From contig OZ024760.1 of NCBI GenBank assembly GCA_964016885.1, positions 13,826,001-13,890,000 on the forward strand: 64,000 nucleotides of DNA. The letters run 5' to 3'. A program made the position numbers and the translations under genes. The notes beneath the pieces are model-generated. The model was given only the letters and a program-made list of their open reading frames with translations, did no database searches and was not told the origin of the DNA. The stretch comes from Eledone cirrhosa (Eukaryota). How positions within the stretch are numbered: position 1 is the stretch's first letter; every line of letters begins with the position of its first letter. Positions 1-12,879 of this stretch are shown here, piece after piece.

Positions 1-134
1 GGTGTCTGGGTGATTGGTACTTACCACAATTCCGGTTTGTATTTCTTTTCTTGATTTATTCTTAAATTGAGTCTGGCAAACCCTATTGTCTCTAGTTAGT
101 ATTCTTTTCACCTTAGCGAAGCTGAACCCGGTTG

Positions 135-1020
135 TCAAACGGATCGGTCCCACCCGTGACAGCAGTCGTTCGACATAGCCCCACAGATAGGCAATGCGCG
201 AGCACTGTACAATGCGTGTGCAACTGTTTCCTCGTCGCACCCGCATCTGGGACAGATCTTTTTCGAGGGGTCTCTACCAGGGCGCCCGTGTCTGTAGAGC
301 CTTTCTCGAACGGGCAGAGCCCCTCGGTGGCACTGCCAGGCCAGGGACCTCTGGAAGTTATCCATAGGTCCCGGGCTGAATGTCCTACCGAACAGGTTGG
401 CCAGTTCGTTTTCCTCCATGCCTAGGGCTTCTCCGAGGGTGTTGCCGCACCTGCTAACCACCAGCCCTCTATAGAATGACGAGTTGGATTCTCCACTGAC
501 AGCCGGGTCCGCCTGCCAGAGAGCCGTGAGCGCCTGGGCACACTCGGTGTGCCAGGCGCCCAATTTTCTCGGTCTTTGCTTGACCCAGGATTGCAGCTCG
601 GTGAGCGAGACGAGTCTGGGAAAGGCTCGCCTCACAAACGGGGCCCACACCGGTTGACCGGTGATGAATACCTGGAGGTGCCGTAGCCTTAATGCGTGTT
701 TACGCATCACCAGCCACGGCATCTCAGCCCTCCTTTCGAAGGGTGTTGACAGCAGATGGATCTCCTCACCATAGGAGCCCGCTTCTTCCAAAGGAATTGG
801 AAGAGTGTGCGCTCCATTTTTGGAGAGCGTTTCCCTTGGGCAAGGCACGACGGTCAGGCGGTAGTAGATGTGTTCGCCACCTCCGCCCGACGACGGCATT
901 AACAACTCCAACTTCTGCAGCAGTGGCTCTAGTCATTACATACAGAAGGGAGGAGAGAGGGCACCCTTGTCGGATGGACCGCGCGATTTCGAACGGCTCC
1001 GAGAGGTAGCCGTTCACCTT
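135..1020 (-). mobile_element. Tx1/L1-type non-LTR retrotransposon ORF2 fragment (RT piece plus C-terminal zinc-finger), 5'-truncated and internally deleted
   Basis: Minus-strand peptides NGYLSEPFEIARSIRQGCPLSSLLYVM (RT QG motif) and LAWQCHRGALPVRERLYRHG...KICPRCGCDEETVAHAL (zf-RVT-like). They are in different frames and the intervening RT core is missing. Confidence 0.85.
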
Positions 1021-2203
1021 GACAAGAGCAGAAGTGCGTGCCTGCCTGCCTTAAGTCGTCCATGTTGTGGCTCCAGGTGAAGAGTTTGTACTTGAGCACA
1101 AATATGCGTGCTCATTTGCATGGTGACATGTCTGCAGCATTTGGTCAGAATATTTTAGCACTTTGTGAGGGCAAGGTCCCTGCGGATGACAAAGGCGGAA
1201 TAGCAATCGACTCCCTGTGCAACATTGTGAGCAGCCCTTCTGACCTTTTGGAAGCAGTTTTTTCTAATGTCTCATCTAACTTTAAAAACCTCGATTAGCT
1301 CAGCGAAAGAGCCATCCTTGCTCGGAAAAATACCACGGTTAATTTTATTAACGAGCAGCTGATTGAGAAGATTCCCGGTAAAGAAGACATCTTCAAATCT
1401 ATCGACCTGGCGTCAGACCCCGACGATATCGTTAATTATCCGGTTGAGTTATTAAATTCCCCAGGGCTCCCACCTCTTATTCTTAAGCTTAAGGTTGGCT
1501 GTCCCATTATGCTAATAAGGAACTTGCGTCCACCAAAGCAGTGCAACGGTACTCGCATGGTCGTCAAGTCACTGACGCTGCACTTGATTGAGGCCACCAT
1601 TGTAACGGGGTGCTGGAGAGGGGAGAATGTTTTCATTCCAAGGATGAACCTTTGCCCCTCGGCGTCAGATATCCCGTTCGATTTCCGGCGATCCCAATTC
1701 CCGGTGAGACCATTTTTTTTTTTTTTTTCCAAGTCCATTAACAAGTCACAAGGGCAAACATTGTTGGTGGCGGTCATCCATTTGGGGGAGCCATGCTTCT
1801 CCCATGGCCAACTTTGTTGCCAGTTTCCGCGTATGGAGCAGGAATGGACTTTTTGCTTACACTCCTCAAGAGATGACACGCAATATCGTCTACTATGAAG
1901 TGCTATAGATGTTTGAGTTATGCCGTCTGGAAAACTGGTTGGGTCACCCATAGCGGACAGATCTGACACGCAGCGGCATCAGGGACACCATCTTGCAACT
2001 TTGTTCTACTAAATTCGCTATTGGAAGATTATTAAGCCATCATTGATTGTCCAAAATGCTAATTGGTTCGTAACTATTAATAACCGGTTCAACTGCTTTA
2101 TGCACTTAATTGATAAGATTATGCGCTTTCAAGCTACGTTTGCCTGTATGTAACTTTTCATAGCAAATGAACAAACCCGAGTAACGCCGGGCTAAACTGC
2201 TAG
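1021..2203 (+). mobile_element. Helitron 3' portion: degraded Rep/Hel PIF1-like helicase plus 3' terminus
   Basis: Peptides ACLKSSMLWLQVKSLYLSTNMR, LSERAILARKNTTVNFINEQL, LKLKVGCPIMLIRNLRPPKQCNGTRMVV and FRRSQFPVR...SINKSQGQTL (PIF1 helicase motifs), with a stop at ~1296. Ends in hairpin CCCG-agtaacgc-CGGG (2176-2191) then CTAG|T at 2200-2204. Confidence 0.9.
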
Positions 2204-3038
2204 TTATCAATAATGTTATATCTCGCAATGGCCATACTCGATAACGAGGGCGCAGTCATTATGTATGGTGTTGTGATTTTTATGTACAGTATATTATTAT
2301 TAGATGGGTAACGTGCCTGCAGTAATCGGTAGAGCGTCCTCTCAAAATGTTTGCATTTTGCCCAAAGCAGAAACAATTATTATTGTTGTTTGTAGTATTA
2401 GTAGTAGTATTCATTCTATTTTGTGTTCCACGTGGTTGATATTTCATCACCACAACACCACCACACCACTACACCACCACGCCACCACACCAACACACAC
2501 CACCAACACACCACTACACCAACACTGTCGCCACCAGTTGGGCTACGTAGTCAAAGTGAAGGAAATAGAATTGGTGAAAGATAGACATACTGATAGAAAG
2601 ATATATGTATATATAGAGAGAGGAGGGGGCGGGGGTTAGATAGAAAGACACAGTTATAGAGATACAGACAATTACGCGTGTTGTTGTTTCTTTGATTCCG
2701 ATAATACACATGTGTATCTAACAGTGATGATATGTCATATAGATTATTGAGAGGAAATGAATATTTACAAAGAAAAGCTGAAATATAATTTAAAAAAAAT
2801 TAACGAATATTTATTTTTTATCTTTTGGAGTCAGTCAACATTTACCGCCATGTTCTTTGTTCTTTGTTAACAATAAAAGAATCTAATTTCTGACATACAC
2901 CCTACTTCCGATCTTTAACCGCAGCCATTATATCAGAATGTATCTGTGCGTATGTCAAACTGAGTGCATGTGTATGGGTAGGTGTATATATAAAAATGTG
3001 TGTGTGAGTTGGTCCCAGGTTCAATCTGGGGTAACCAC

Positions 3039-3764
3039 AGTAAGGTACTCAATACATAGCAGAGTATAAATATTGAATCTAGAAATGTCTTCTGCAGGAG
3101 TAGAACTGTATATTATATATATAATTTGTCTGTGGTATATATAGATGAATGTTTGATGCTGAATCTCCCCGAGAATCACGCTCTAAGTGTTTATATTTAT
3201 CTAAAAACCTTTATGTCCCAAACACTCTTTTCGGCTGAGTATTTTACAGCTGACAATGTAGCGACAGCCAGTTTTGGAGCATGGCGTTGGATGGCACAAC
3301 TATGCGAAGTGACCAGTGATATCATTGAGGAGGAAGAGGCCAGTTTGCCGCACCGAATCCTTCTCACAGCGGCACCCCAATTTCGGAGCCGGGCCCTCTC
3401 CCCGCGATGGATACTTCTCAATACGAAAGACGACCGTGGCAGCCTGGGACTAGATTGCACTGTTATGAGAAGTGACAGTCCAGTTGGCCGCTCGAAACCC
3501 CTTTCACAGCGGCAGCACAGTATCGGATCCAAGTACTGTGAATTGGATGGACACTTCTCAATACAAAACGTGCTAACGTGTGACTTGACAATGATGAGAA
3601 ACCGGAACCAGACATTGTGAAGGACTGTTGGAGGGGTGTATGTATATGGTCATTAAAACACACGCACGCACGTATATAATTCTCCTGAATGAAACAGTTA
3701 TAGTCATGTAGAAGTCATTACTATATTAAATATTTATACTCTGTTATGAATTGAGTACCTTACT
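3039..3764. mobile_element. Putative non-autonomous element bounded by ~40-bp inverted repeats
   Basis: 3039-3078 agtaaggtactcaatacatagcagagtataaatattgaat is the reverse complement of 3725-3764 with 3 mismatches. Confidence 0.55.
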
Positions 3765-3839
3765 TACTGTTGTTAGCTGTGATTGAACTCGGAATAAACT
3801 TTACACATTTTTGGAAACACCCTGTATATATATATCATT

Positions 3840-5030
3840 TGAGATGTAAATATCACATACTTAAGAGAGATAGATGTTAGAACTCGAAAACTTGTCAGTG
3901 TTACTGGGAACTTTGGTGATGTGGATAGGCTGTACTTGTCATGCAAGGAAGGTGGCCGGGGTCTAAAATCCATATTAACATCATATGACACCCGGATAGT
4001 AACACTGAAGCAACATCTTCAACAGAGGAAAAGTTTTATGGCCCAGGTTTATGAGCATGAAAAAAAAAATATCATTAGGATAGCCACTGATCTGGAGGAG
4101 AGATATGGAATAAAGCCTGATATAAATCTCTCACCCAGAGAAATCGGAAGATCCTATTCACTGTTCAAAGAAGATGAAAAAATTGACCAATTTACAGAAA
4201 AAGTTGTGCACGTATACTTGAGACGTAAAACACAGACCATAGAGGTGATAAACCACTCAAAAAGCCTGGCATGGAGTTCCGACAAGTTTATGACATGACA
4301 CCTTGAGGGATATCTCTATGCAATACAGTAACAAGAACTCCCTACCAAATATCTGCTGCACAAAAGAGGAGGGACATCAGCTGACAATAAACGTAGGCTT
4401 ATGTAAAACAAAGATTGAAGATGTAAGCGACATTGTTGCCAGCTGCGAAAGAATGTCATCTCGCTACTACCTCCCCATGAGACACGATGGGATAGCTAGA
4501 ACCATCTGGAACGCACTTTGGAAAACAAAATTAACAACAAACGAGGAAGAATATATCGAGACAGATGGCACTAAGGAATACTGGTGGAACCTGAAAATAA
4601 AAACTGCCACCAAATTAAAGCACAACCGGCCTGATATTGTTGTTTGGGACCACCCATTGAAAACGTGTTGTGTTGTGGAGATCAGCTGCCCACTTGATGT
4701 AAACGTTGTCAGAAAAATACAGGAGGAGGAGGACATCTACGGACCATTGATGAGGAGTTTACAAATCCAGTATCCAAAATACACCTTTAGCTTCATACCC
4801 ATCATTATTGGAGCTACGGGTTATATACCAACCCGCTTGGACCAAAGTATGACTGAACTTGGATTTGCTGACAAAGAGCGCAGCTCCCTAATTCAGTCTA
4901 CAAGTGGCTGCGATAGTTGGCACCTTCAAAATTTGCAAAACATTCTTGCGATTCAAGGGATGACAATTTCTTTTCTTTTACAACCTTGCCACCAGGAAGG
5001 TGACCGGTCAAAAAATATATTCGAAATTAA
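3840..5030 (+). mobile_element. R4/Dong-like non-LTR retrotransposon 3' fragment (restriction-like endonuclease clade), pseudogenised
   Basis: VDRLYLSCKEGGRGLKSI (post-RT), degenerate CCHC knuckle (LCKTKIEDVSDIVASC...YYLPMRHD), and RPDIVVWD...CCVVEISCP...YGPL...IPIIIGATG (RLE PD-(D/E)xK domain). Stop/frameshift at ~4298. Confidence 0.85.
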
Positions 5031-6233
5031 GAGAAAGAGATCACCTACATGTATGTGTGTATGTATGTGTGTGTGTGTATGTATGTATGTATGTATGTGT
5101 GTATGTATGTATGTATTTGTATATATATATTTATTTATTTCATTATATTTGTTCCACTCCACGTGGTTTATATTTCACCACCACTACGCCACCACTACGA
5201 CACCACACCGCCACCAAACCACCACACCAACAACACTCGCTACCACCGCCATCATTTGAACTACGTTTTCAAACCCGACATGACTTAGCCTTGATGAAAG
5301 AAAATGAGATGACAGCCGTAATCTCCCCCACCCCTCATACTCAATACAGAGATATATATATTTTCTGACACCATTGGCAATTTTCATGATGGTAGTTGTA
5401 GTGTTGATTATTCCTTCATTGCATTTATTGATATTTGACGCGCGTTTCGCCACTGATCAGCTCAAGGTTCGATCTATATCGATCCTACCCGACTCAATAA
5501 TCGGCAGCTCGACGGACCCTCTTAAAATGCTATAAGAAAATGAAATACATGCTATGTGGTAAAGTCAGAGTTTCAAGAGTTTGACAAAATGAGATGTTTT
5601 GATTGGTGAGAAGGATCAAGGCGATGTACTGGCCTGTAGTGTATATGGGGGGTGGGTGTGATGGTGAGATGTTGGTGACGGTCTGTGGATGAGGTGGGCT
5701 GTGGTGTGGTGGTGGGTTGGCCTTGGCGTGTCGAGTATGTTGGTGTGGATGTGAAGATATGGTGGTGGTTAAGGTTATTTAGTGGGATGGGTTGTGGTGT
5801 GAGGTTAGTGAACTGTCTGTAGACGGGCTGGCGTGTGGTAGTGGCGCCTTTGTCTATGGTAGCGGCGTTTTTGGTGGTGTGGTGGATGTATTGGTGGCGT
5901 CAGGACCTTACATAGATACATAGACGCTCTTCGTCTGACAGATATCTTGTATATACGTATACGTACACACATATATGTATATATGTGCACATATATTGTT
6001 GTATAAACACACACAACATAAGACACATACGCACATCCTTGCCCACACATATCGGCATACGCTCACACACAGCCATATGTATATGTACACACATGTATGT
6101 GCATGCGCGCATGCGGACACGAATATGGAGAGTGGTGGAGTATCGGTGGGGGTGGCGAACGACAGAGATGGGGGGAAGGACTCACACTCATGTATGCAAG
6201 ATATACACATACACACTCCCACACACGTATACT

Positions 6234-6305
<72 letters not shown>

Positions 6306-6910
6306 TGTACCGACAACACACACATACACGCACATATATACATACATGCACATATATGAGCTCACCTACACATAGTCAGATTTACCCATATACATATATG
6401 TAGACGTACACATACACACACATACATATATACACACACATACACATATGCATACACATATATATATATACAGATATATATATATATACACACACATAGA
6501 CATATGTATATACATGTGTTCACATACACACACACACACACATACAGATAAATTTGCGTACACGCACGCACACTTAAAACGCCCGTATGAGTAAAATACT
6601 TGCACACAGACACACACACTATTGTTGGTTGGAGGTATGTTTTGTCGGTGTTGGTGAAGTATGGAGTTGTGTTTTGTGGTGGTGGTGGTGGATGGAGTTG
6701 TGAGGGACAAAAATATATATACCGGATCGAATACCGGTTAAGAGGTGAGATAGGGAACGCGGGGGGAAAAGCGTTTATGGACGTACGGCCATGTGTGTTG
6801 TGGACATGGTGATGGTGGTGGTGCTGGGGTGATATGTTCGGCAAGATGATTACATGATCAGAGGTTACGGTGTGTTATATGGTAGGCATACGGGGGGTGG
6901 GGGTATATAA

Positions 6911-7098
6911 TTGTTTCTACTTTAGGCACAAGGCCAGCAAATAGCCAGTGTATTACTGGTACTTTATTTTATCGACCCCCGTAAGGATGAAAGGCAAAGT
7001 CAACCTAGGCGGGATTTGAACTCAGATCGTAAAGGGACGTAACTATGTTTGAAAGCATGGCGTCCGACCCTCTACCGAGACTGCCAACCCCCCACCCT
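6911..7098 (-). mobile_element. tRNA-derived SINE (octopus-type family)
   Basis: Minus strand has A-box-like tggcagtctcgg and B-box gagttcaaatcc. Homologous to copies at 53757, 54722 and 54850. Flanked by direct repeat ggggtatataat. Confidence 0.75.
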
Positions 7099-7420
7099 GG
7101 GGGGTATATAATACAGTCGATTTGGGATCGAGTGATATGTGTTGATGATGATTGTTGAAGTATGTGGATGTATTTAGTGGTGGCGGTGGTCGTGTGTGCG
7201 TGCGACAGTACAGTTACAGGATCGAATTTAACGTGGGGTTGCAAGTTAGGGTAGATAGAGGGAACATGGGGGGATGAGGATGTAGGCGTGTATGGTATGC
7301 ACATGACGATGTGTGGTGTGGTGGTGGAGATGGTGTGATATGATCGACATTGTATTTACAAGGTTTCTTGTCATTGTGGATTGCAAGGTAGAACGTATCA
7401 TATGGTATATATATATATAT

Positions 7421-8194
7421 ATATATATAAAACTAAGGATGTCTGTGTGAGTTTGAATCCCTAAACCTCGAGAAGCACCCAACCGACTGTTTTCAAACTT
7501 TACACCGCGCCCTTATAATATGTCTGTATGTCTAGCTGTCTGCATCGCACTCGGCGCGTCAATGTATGGCTGTTAAATGGGCCGCAAACGCATTGATTCA
7601 TTGTAAAGGCTACCAGTGGAAGCAACCGTAACACCCTCCAAATGTCAGAGAACGCAGTGAAAGTTACTATTAAGAGAACGTTCACATGGCCCTTTTTATG
7701 GCCACCACTTGAAATTGTTGATTGTTACCCGTAGTTACTGGAGTGTCAGTGAACGGCTTACAAATCCATTATAAGGGCCCTTGAAATAACTGATGGCGAC
7801 CCTTTGGTTTGGGGCGGCGAGTGAACACGCACACGCCTCAAGGCCCATTTTATTGCACCACTCCTCTGTAAAATTGTTAAATTATACCCACTGTTTGGTA
7901 AACGTTTGTGAAGGTGCGGTGGACTGGTTCGAGAAGGCTCCATATGCTGTCCGATTGCACGTCATGCCTTGCTCAAGCATTGCAGACTTCCCTCTGATAT
8001 AAGTGGTGACATCTGTCCTGCTGACTCCTGCCACTTTATTAAGCCGATTTTCTTCACGTGGAAGGAAAAGCATACCTAATACTAATTGCATCAGAGCATT
8101 CGGTTTATTTTCTTTACATATTGTCCAGGCATGCAGTTTTTCTACGATTAGGTCAAAATAACTTATCCCGTGCAACGCCGGGTACCACTGCTAG
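7421..8194 (+). mobile_element. Non-autonomous Helitron
   Basis: 5' end tatatataaaactaaggatgtc...ctgttttcaaactttacac matches the 27838 copy. 3' hairpin CCCG-tgcaacgc-CGGG followed by CTAG|T (8191-8195). Confidence 0.8.
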
Positions 8195-8284
8195 TATTAT
8201 ATATATGTATATTGTTTTACTCTTTTACTTGTCCCAGCCATTTTGCTGAGGTCATGCTGGGGTACCGCCTTTAATATATTTTTC

Positions 8285-8316
<32 letters not shown>

Positions 8317-8591
8317 TATATAGATATATATATATCAATAAAGACGTATCCATGAAAGGCAAATCTTATCGGTTGGAAAGCAAAATAAACTTTTGTATTT
8401 TATTTGATGAAAGTGCACCAAGCTTGTCTTGGTTGGCCTTGAAATATATATAATAAAATAAATATGGTTTTATAAATATAGTTTCCATTTATTTAATATC
8501 ACGAAATATTTACTCCAGTAAACTGTTGAGTGCTCTAAATCAGTTATAAACATTTGTTTGTCGGACTTCCAACAAATTAAATACAACTTCT

Positions 8592-8671
<80 letters not shown>

Positions 8672-8675
<4 letters not shown>

Positions 8676-8765
8676 CGGAGTTGTGTTAAGGAACCAGATG
8701 GACCATAATGCACCAGAGATAGCCGTCGAAACGGCTTGAGCTCTGCCGTCGGGGTCATACATCTT

Positions 8766-8770
<5 letters not shown>
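8672..8770. repeat. Interspersed repeat fragment embedded in (TA)n, same family as 51498-51670
   Basis: tagccgtcgaaacggcttgagctctgccgtcggggtc is the reverse complement of gaccccgacggctgagctcaagccgtttcgacggcta at ~51513. ggaaccagatggaccataatgcacc matches 51630-51670 (rc) and 51780-51800. Confidence 0.7.
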
Positions 8771-8826
<56 letters not shown>

Positions 8827-9264
8827 CACATTGTTTGATCAAAATATTAAATTTCTTCATAGAATAATAAATTTTGTTTTATTATTTGTTTCTATTGTTC
8901 GGTTGTTGTTGTTGTTGTTGTTACACACATACACACATACACACTCACAAACTTTGCTAATCTTTTGGCGGCAAAACCACATACATACATACATACATAG
9001 ATACATGTATGTGTGTGTGTGCGTGAGTGAGTATGTGTGAGTTACTGTCACTTTGTTTTCCTTATAAATACAAGTCCCGTTTTTCATATTTTTCATTTCA
9101 GCCACTGATTTTGAAAGATGACTACACAGTATTCTCATGCGTCCTTTCAACGTGGGTATGCGTTAAGCCCTTTTTTAGGGCTGCTCAGAGATACGCCGAA
9201 AACCAACCACAGCGTTCACTCCTGGGACTGAGAAGAAAAGTCCCACAGGTCAGTCAGATTTATA

Positions 9265-9415
9265 TTTAATTTATTTAAAAAAAAAAAAAAAATTAATTTA
9301 TATTTCTTTAAAAAAAAAGAATTCAATTTAACTTATTTCTTTAAAAAAAAAAGTTCAATTTCATTTATTTCTTTAAAAAAAATTCAATTCAATTAATTTC
9401 TTTAAAAAAAAAAGC
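9265..9415. repeat. ~30-bp AT-rich minisatellite (~5 copies)
   Basis: Repeated aattcaattt..ttatttctttaaaaaaaa units. Confidence 0.7.
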
Positions 9416-9515
9416 TTTTATAGTTATGTTTTTGTATTTTAATCGGGGTAACATTTTCGATTTAATTAATTTCATCATATTGTTGTATATACACACACAC
9501 ATATATATACAATTG

Positions 9516-9566
<51 letters not shown>

Positions 9567-9574
9567 TGCAGTTA

Positions 9575-9765
9575 TTCGAATACCTTGGAGTATTCGTTTT
9601 TATTTCTATGCTCTCTGAGTTTAAATCCTGCCAAGGTCAACTTTGCCTTTCTTCCTTCCGTTGGATAAAAAAAAGTACCAGTGAAATGCTGGGGTGAATT
9701 CTTCCTATCTATAGTTTTCTCGCAATTATCTTTTTCTGAATAAAAGTACCAGTCAAATACTGGGT
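9575..9765 (+). mobile_element. Degenerate SINE of the same family as 6911
   Basis: ctgagtttaaatcctgccaaggtcaactttgcctttc...gataaaaaaagtaccagt. Confidence 0.6.
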
Positions 9766-10269
9766 TCCTCTCTTCTCTCATTTTTCTCTGTCTATCTTTC
9801 TGGAAGAATTTTCTATTTTTAGAACTGGAGGAGTTGGTATTTGCTAGTGATTAAGGGAGAAAATGAAAGATATATATGTATATATATGTATAATATGTGT
9901 GTTGATGAGATTATGTGGGGGGGGGGGGGTAAAAATTGTTTTTTAAGATTTATCTGGAAAAATCTGTTGAATTCACATGGTTGGTATTGTCTCTGTTCTC
10001 GGTTTTCAAAAGACTTATAAAAGCTGACTCAGTATTGTTTATCCAATAAAGTAGCAGTAATACGTTATAGTTAGATTAACGTTAATTTTGTTCACTTGTA
10101 ATTTAGAGAATATAAAATATAAAATGCACCATTAGAATATTTTTATTCCAGATTCTCCTAAAAATTTGTCCCTGTTCAATTCCTTCTCTGCCACAAAGCT
10201 CTCATTTTTGGATAGAATTTTTTTATTTATTTTTTTACGTTAGGTTAAACCAGCCAACCAATTTTTTTA

Positions 10270-10270
10270 A

Positions 10271-10328
<58 letters not shown>

Positions 10329-10348
10329 GCTTATGAAACGTGTGTGTG

Positions 10349-10401
<53 letters not shown>

Positions 10402-10426
10402 TTATATATATATTTATATATATATT

Positions 10427-10459
<33 letters not shown>

Positions 10460-10474
10460 TTATATATATATATT

Positions 10475-10511
<37 letters not shown>

Positions 10512-10866
10512 ATATTTATATATTTATATATATATTTATATATTTATATATATATATTTATATATATATATTTATATATTTATATTTATATATATTTATA
10601 TATTTATATATTTATATTTATATATATATTTATATATTTATATTTATATATATATATATATTTATATATTTATATTTATATATATATATTTATATTTATA
10701 TATATATATTTATATATATATATTTATATTTATATATATATATTTATATATATATATTTATATTTATATATATATATTTATATATATATATTTATATTTA
10801 TATATATATATTTATATATATATATTTATATTTATATATATATATTTATATATATATATTTATATT

Positions 10867-10902
<36 letters not shown>

Positions 10903-11110
10903 TATATTTATATATATATATTTATATATTTATATATATTTATATATATTTATATATTTATATATATTTATATATATATTTATATTTATATATATATATT
11001 TATATATATTTATATATTTATATATATATATTTATATATATATATTTATATATATATATATTTATATATATATATATAAATATATATAAATATATATAAA
11101 TATATATATA
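10270..11110. repeat. (TA)n/(TTTA) compound microsatellite
   Basis: Almost entirely A/T dinucleotide sequence. Confidence 0.95.
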
Positions 11111-11250
11111 TTAAAATAATCGATTAAAGTTTAAGCAAAGAATCGCTGCTTTCACCCTTAACGGGATCTTCTGAAATTCATTTAAGATCCCGTTAAGGTT
11201 GAAAGCAGCGATTCTTTGCTTAAACTTTAATCTGTTATTTTAATATATAT
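11103..11250. repeat. Near-perfect palindrome / MITE-like hairpin (~67-bp arms, 13-nt loop)
   Basis: ...gattaaagtttaagcaaagaatcgctgctttcacccttaacgggatctt [ctgaaattcattt] aagatcccgttaaggttgaaagcagcgattctttgcttaaactttaatc..., in TA context. Confidence 0.85.
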
Positions 11251-11338
11251 TTGCTGTACGGTTCTTATATATTTGATATATATGTATCCATATCGAGCCC
11301 TTTTTTAATTTTAGTTTTCAAATTTATTATTACTATAT

Positions 11339-11381
<43 letters not shown>

Positions 11382-12879
11382 TATGTGTGTATGTGTATGT
11401 ATTGTGTGTATTATGTGTCTATTAGGTGTCTATTTGTGCGTATTATCTCTGTATTATGTGTGTATTATCTGTGCGTATTATGTGTGTATTATCTGTATTA
11501 TATGTGTGTATTATATGTGTGTATTATCTGTATTATATGTGTATTATGTGTGTGTAGTATGTGTCTGTATTATGTGTGTATTTGTAATAAATGTCTACTA
11601 TATACACATGTATATATATAATATATAAATACAATATAATATATATGTTGGTGTGTATCGGGTTTGTGTTTATATCACCGTAGAAATCTGTTTATGCAAC
11701 ATTCTAATTAGCAAAGGGAAATTACTCTAGTATATTTTAATAAAAATATTTTATTTTCCGTTTTAGCCAGAAATTTTGTTGTTTGATAAAACTGTCATTG
11801 AATTTATGCCTTGTCTGTTTCTGCTGAAGACTACTTTACTAATTAAGCTTAAGCTTAATTTATTATATCGGTTTTCATCGTAAAATTGAGACGGGTGTTT
11901 TTTCATGTCTATTTAATGCAGCACGTTAGTGATATAGTAAGTTTTAGTTTCTATTTGTTTGAATATCATTTCGAAGCAGATACGACGGGGTTCATTAATT
12001 TCTAGATGAATTATTTGGGTTTAGTTTTAGTTTGTGGTTGTGTGTGTGTGTATGTGTGTGTGTGTGGGGGGGGGGGTATATATAAAACTGAATAGCTATA
12101 TATATTTATATCATCTTGTCAATATCTATCCTCTTTCCTCATAAATATAGACAGAAATTACGGTATACAAGTAGGCACATGCATTAAAACTTAATATATG
12201 GTTATGTTACCAGGAAGCTGGAGAGTGAAAGTAATATAGTTACGGTGAGGAAACGCTATATTGTTTTTTTTTTTGTTTTTTTTGGATACGCTTTTGCAAT
12301 ATAAGAATAGGAAACGAAGACAAACTGATTGATGCAGACAAAATATATATTTATGGTAATTGTTCAGAATTAAGATCGTAGATGTGACCGATGTGAAGCA
12401 GCTGTAGAAAGTTGGCATGATGTAGTGAAGAATGCAGTGGGTAGAAAAGACATCCCCGAGAATAAACATAGAAAGAGTAGTTGGTGATTGTTGCAGTGAA
12501 AATCAATGAAGTACAAGCATAACGGACAAGAGAGAAGAATGCAGGCCCAGCAGTTGGAGTTCGCTGCCAAGCAGATGCCAATATAATATGAAATATTAGG
12601 GAATCGGATAGTTTATTGATTCCCTGTTTTATTGCAAAAGCGAATCCTTTAAAGTGCGAGACTATAGTGTTTGTCGTTGATGTATTTATATCTATATTAC
12701 TCTACATAAGTCCACAAACAGGCCTTCAACAGTAAATATGTAATTGGCCTTTGTTTAAAAAGAAATTTTTTTTCTTAATATAATTGTTTATCTGCTGGAT
12801 TGGTCATTGACCATTTTAGTAGGAGAGGGGATTTTGTTAGTGGTGTGTTACCTTCGCTGACTTAACTCTCTGAGAAAGA

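Noticed and set aside
8705-8740. cgaaac-containing hammerhead-like motif in the 8672/51498 repeat family
   Set aside because: Lacks the CUGANGA core (CCAGA instead) in all copies.
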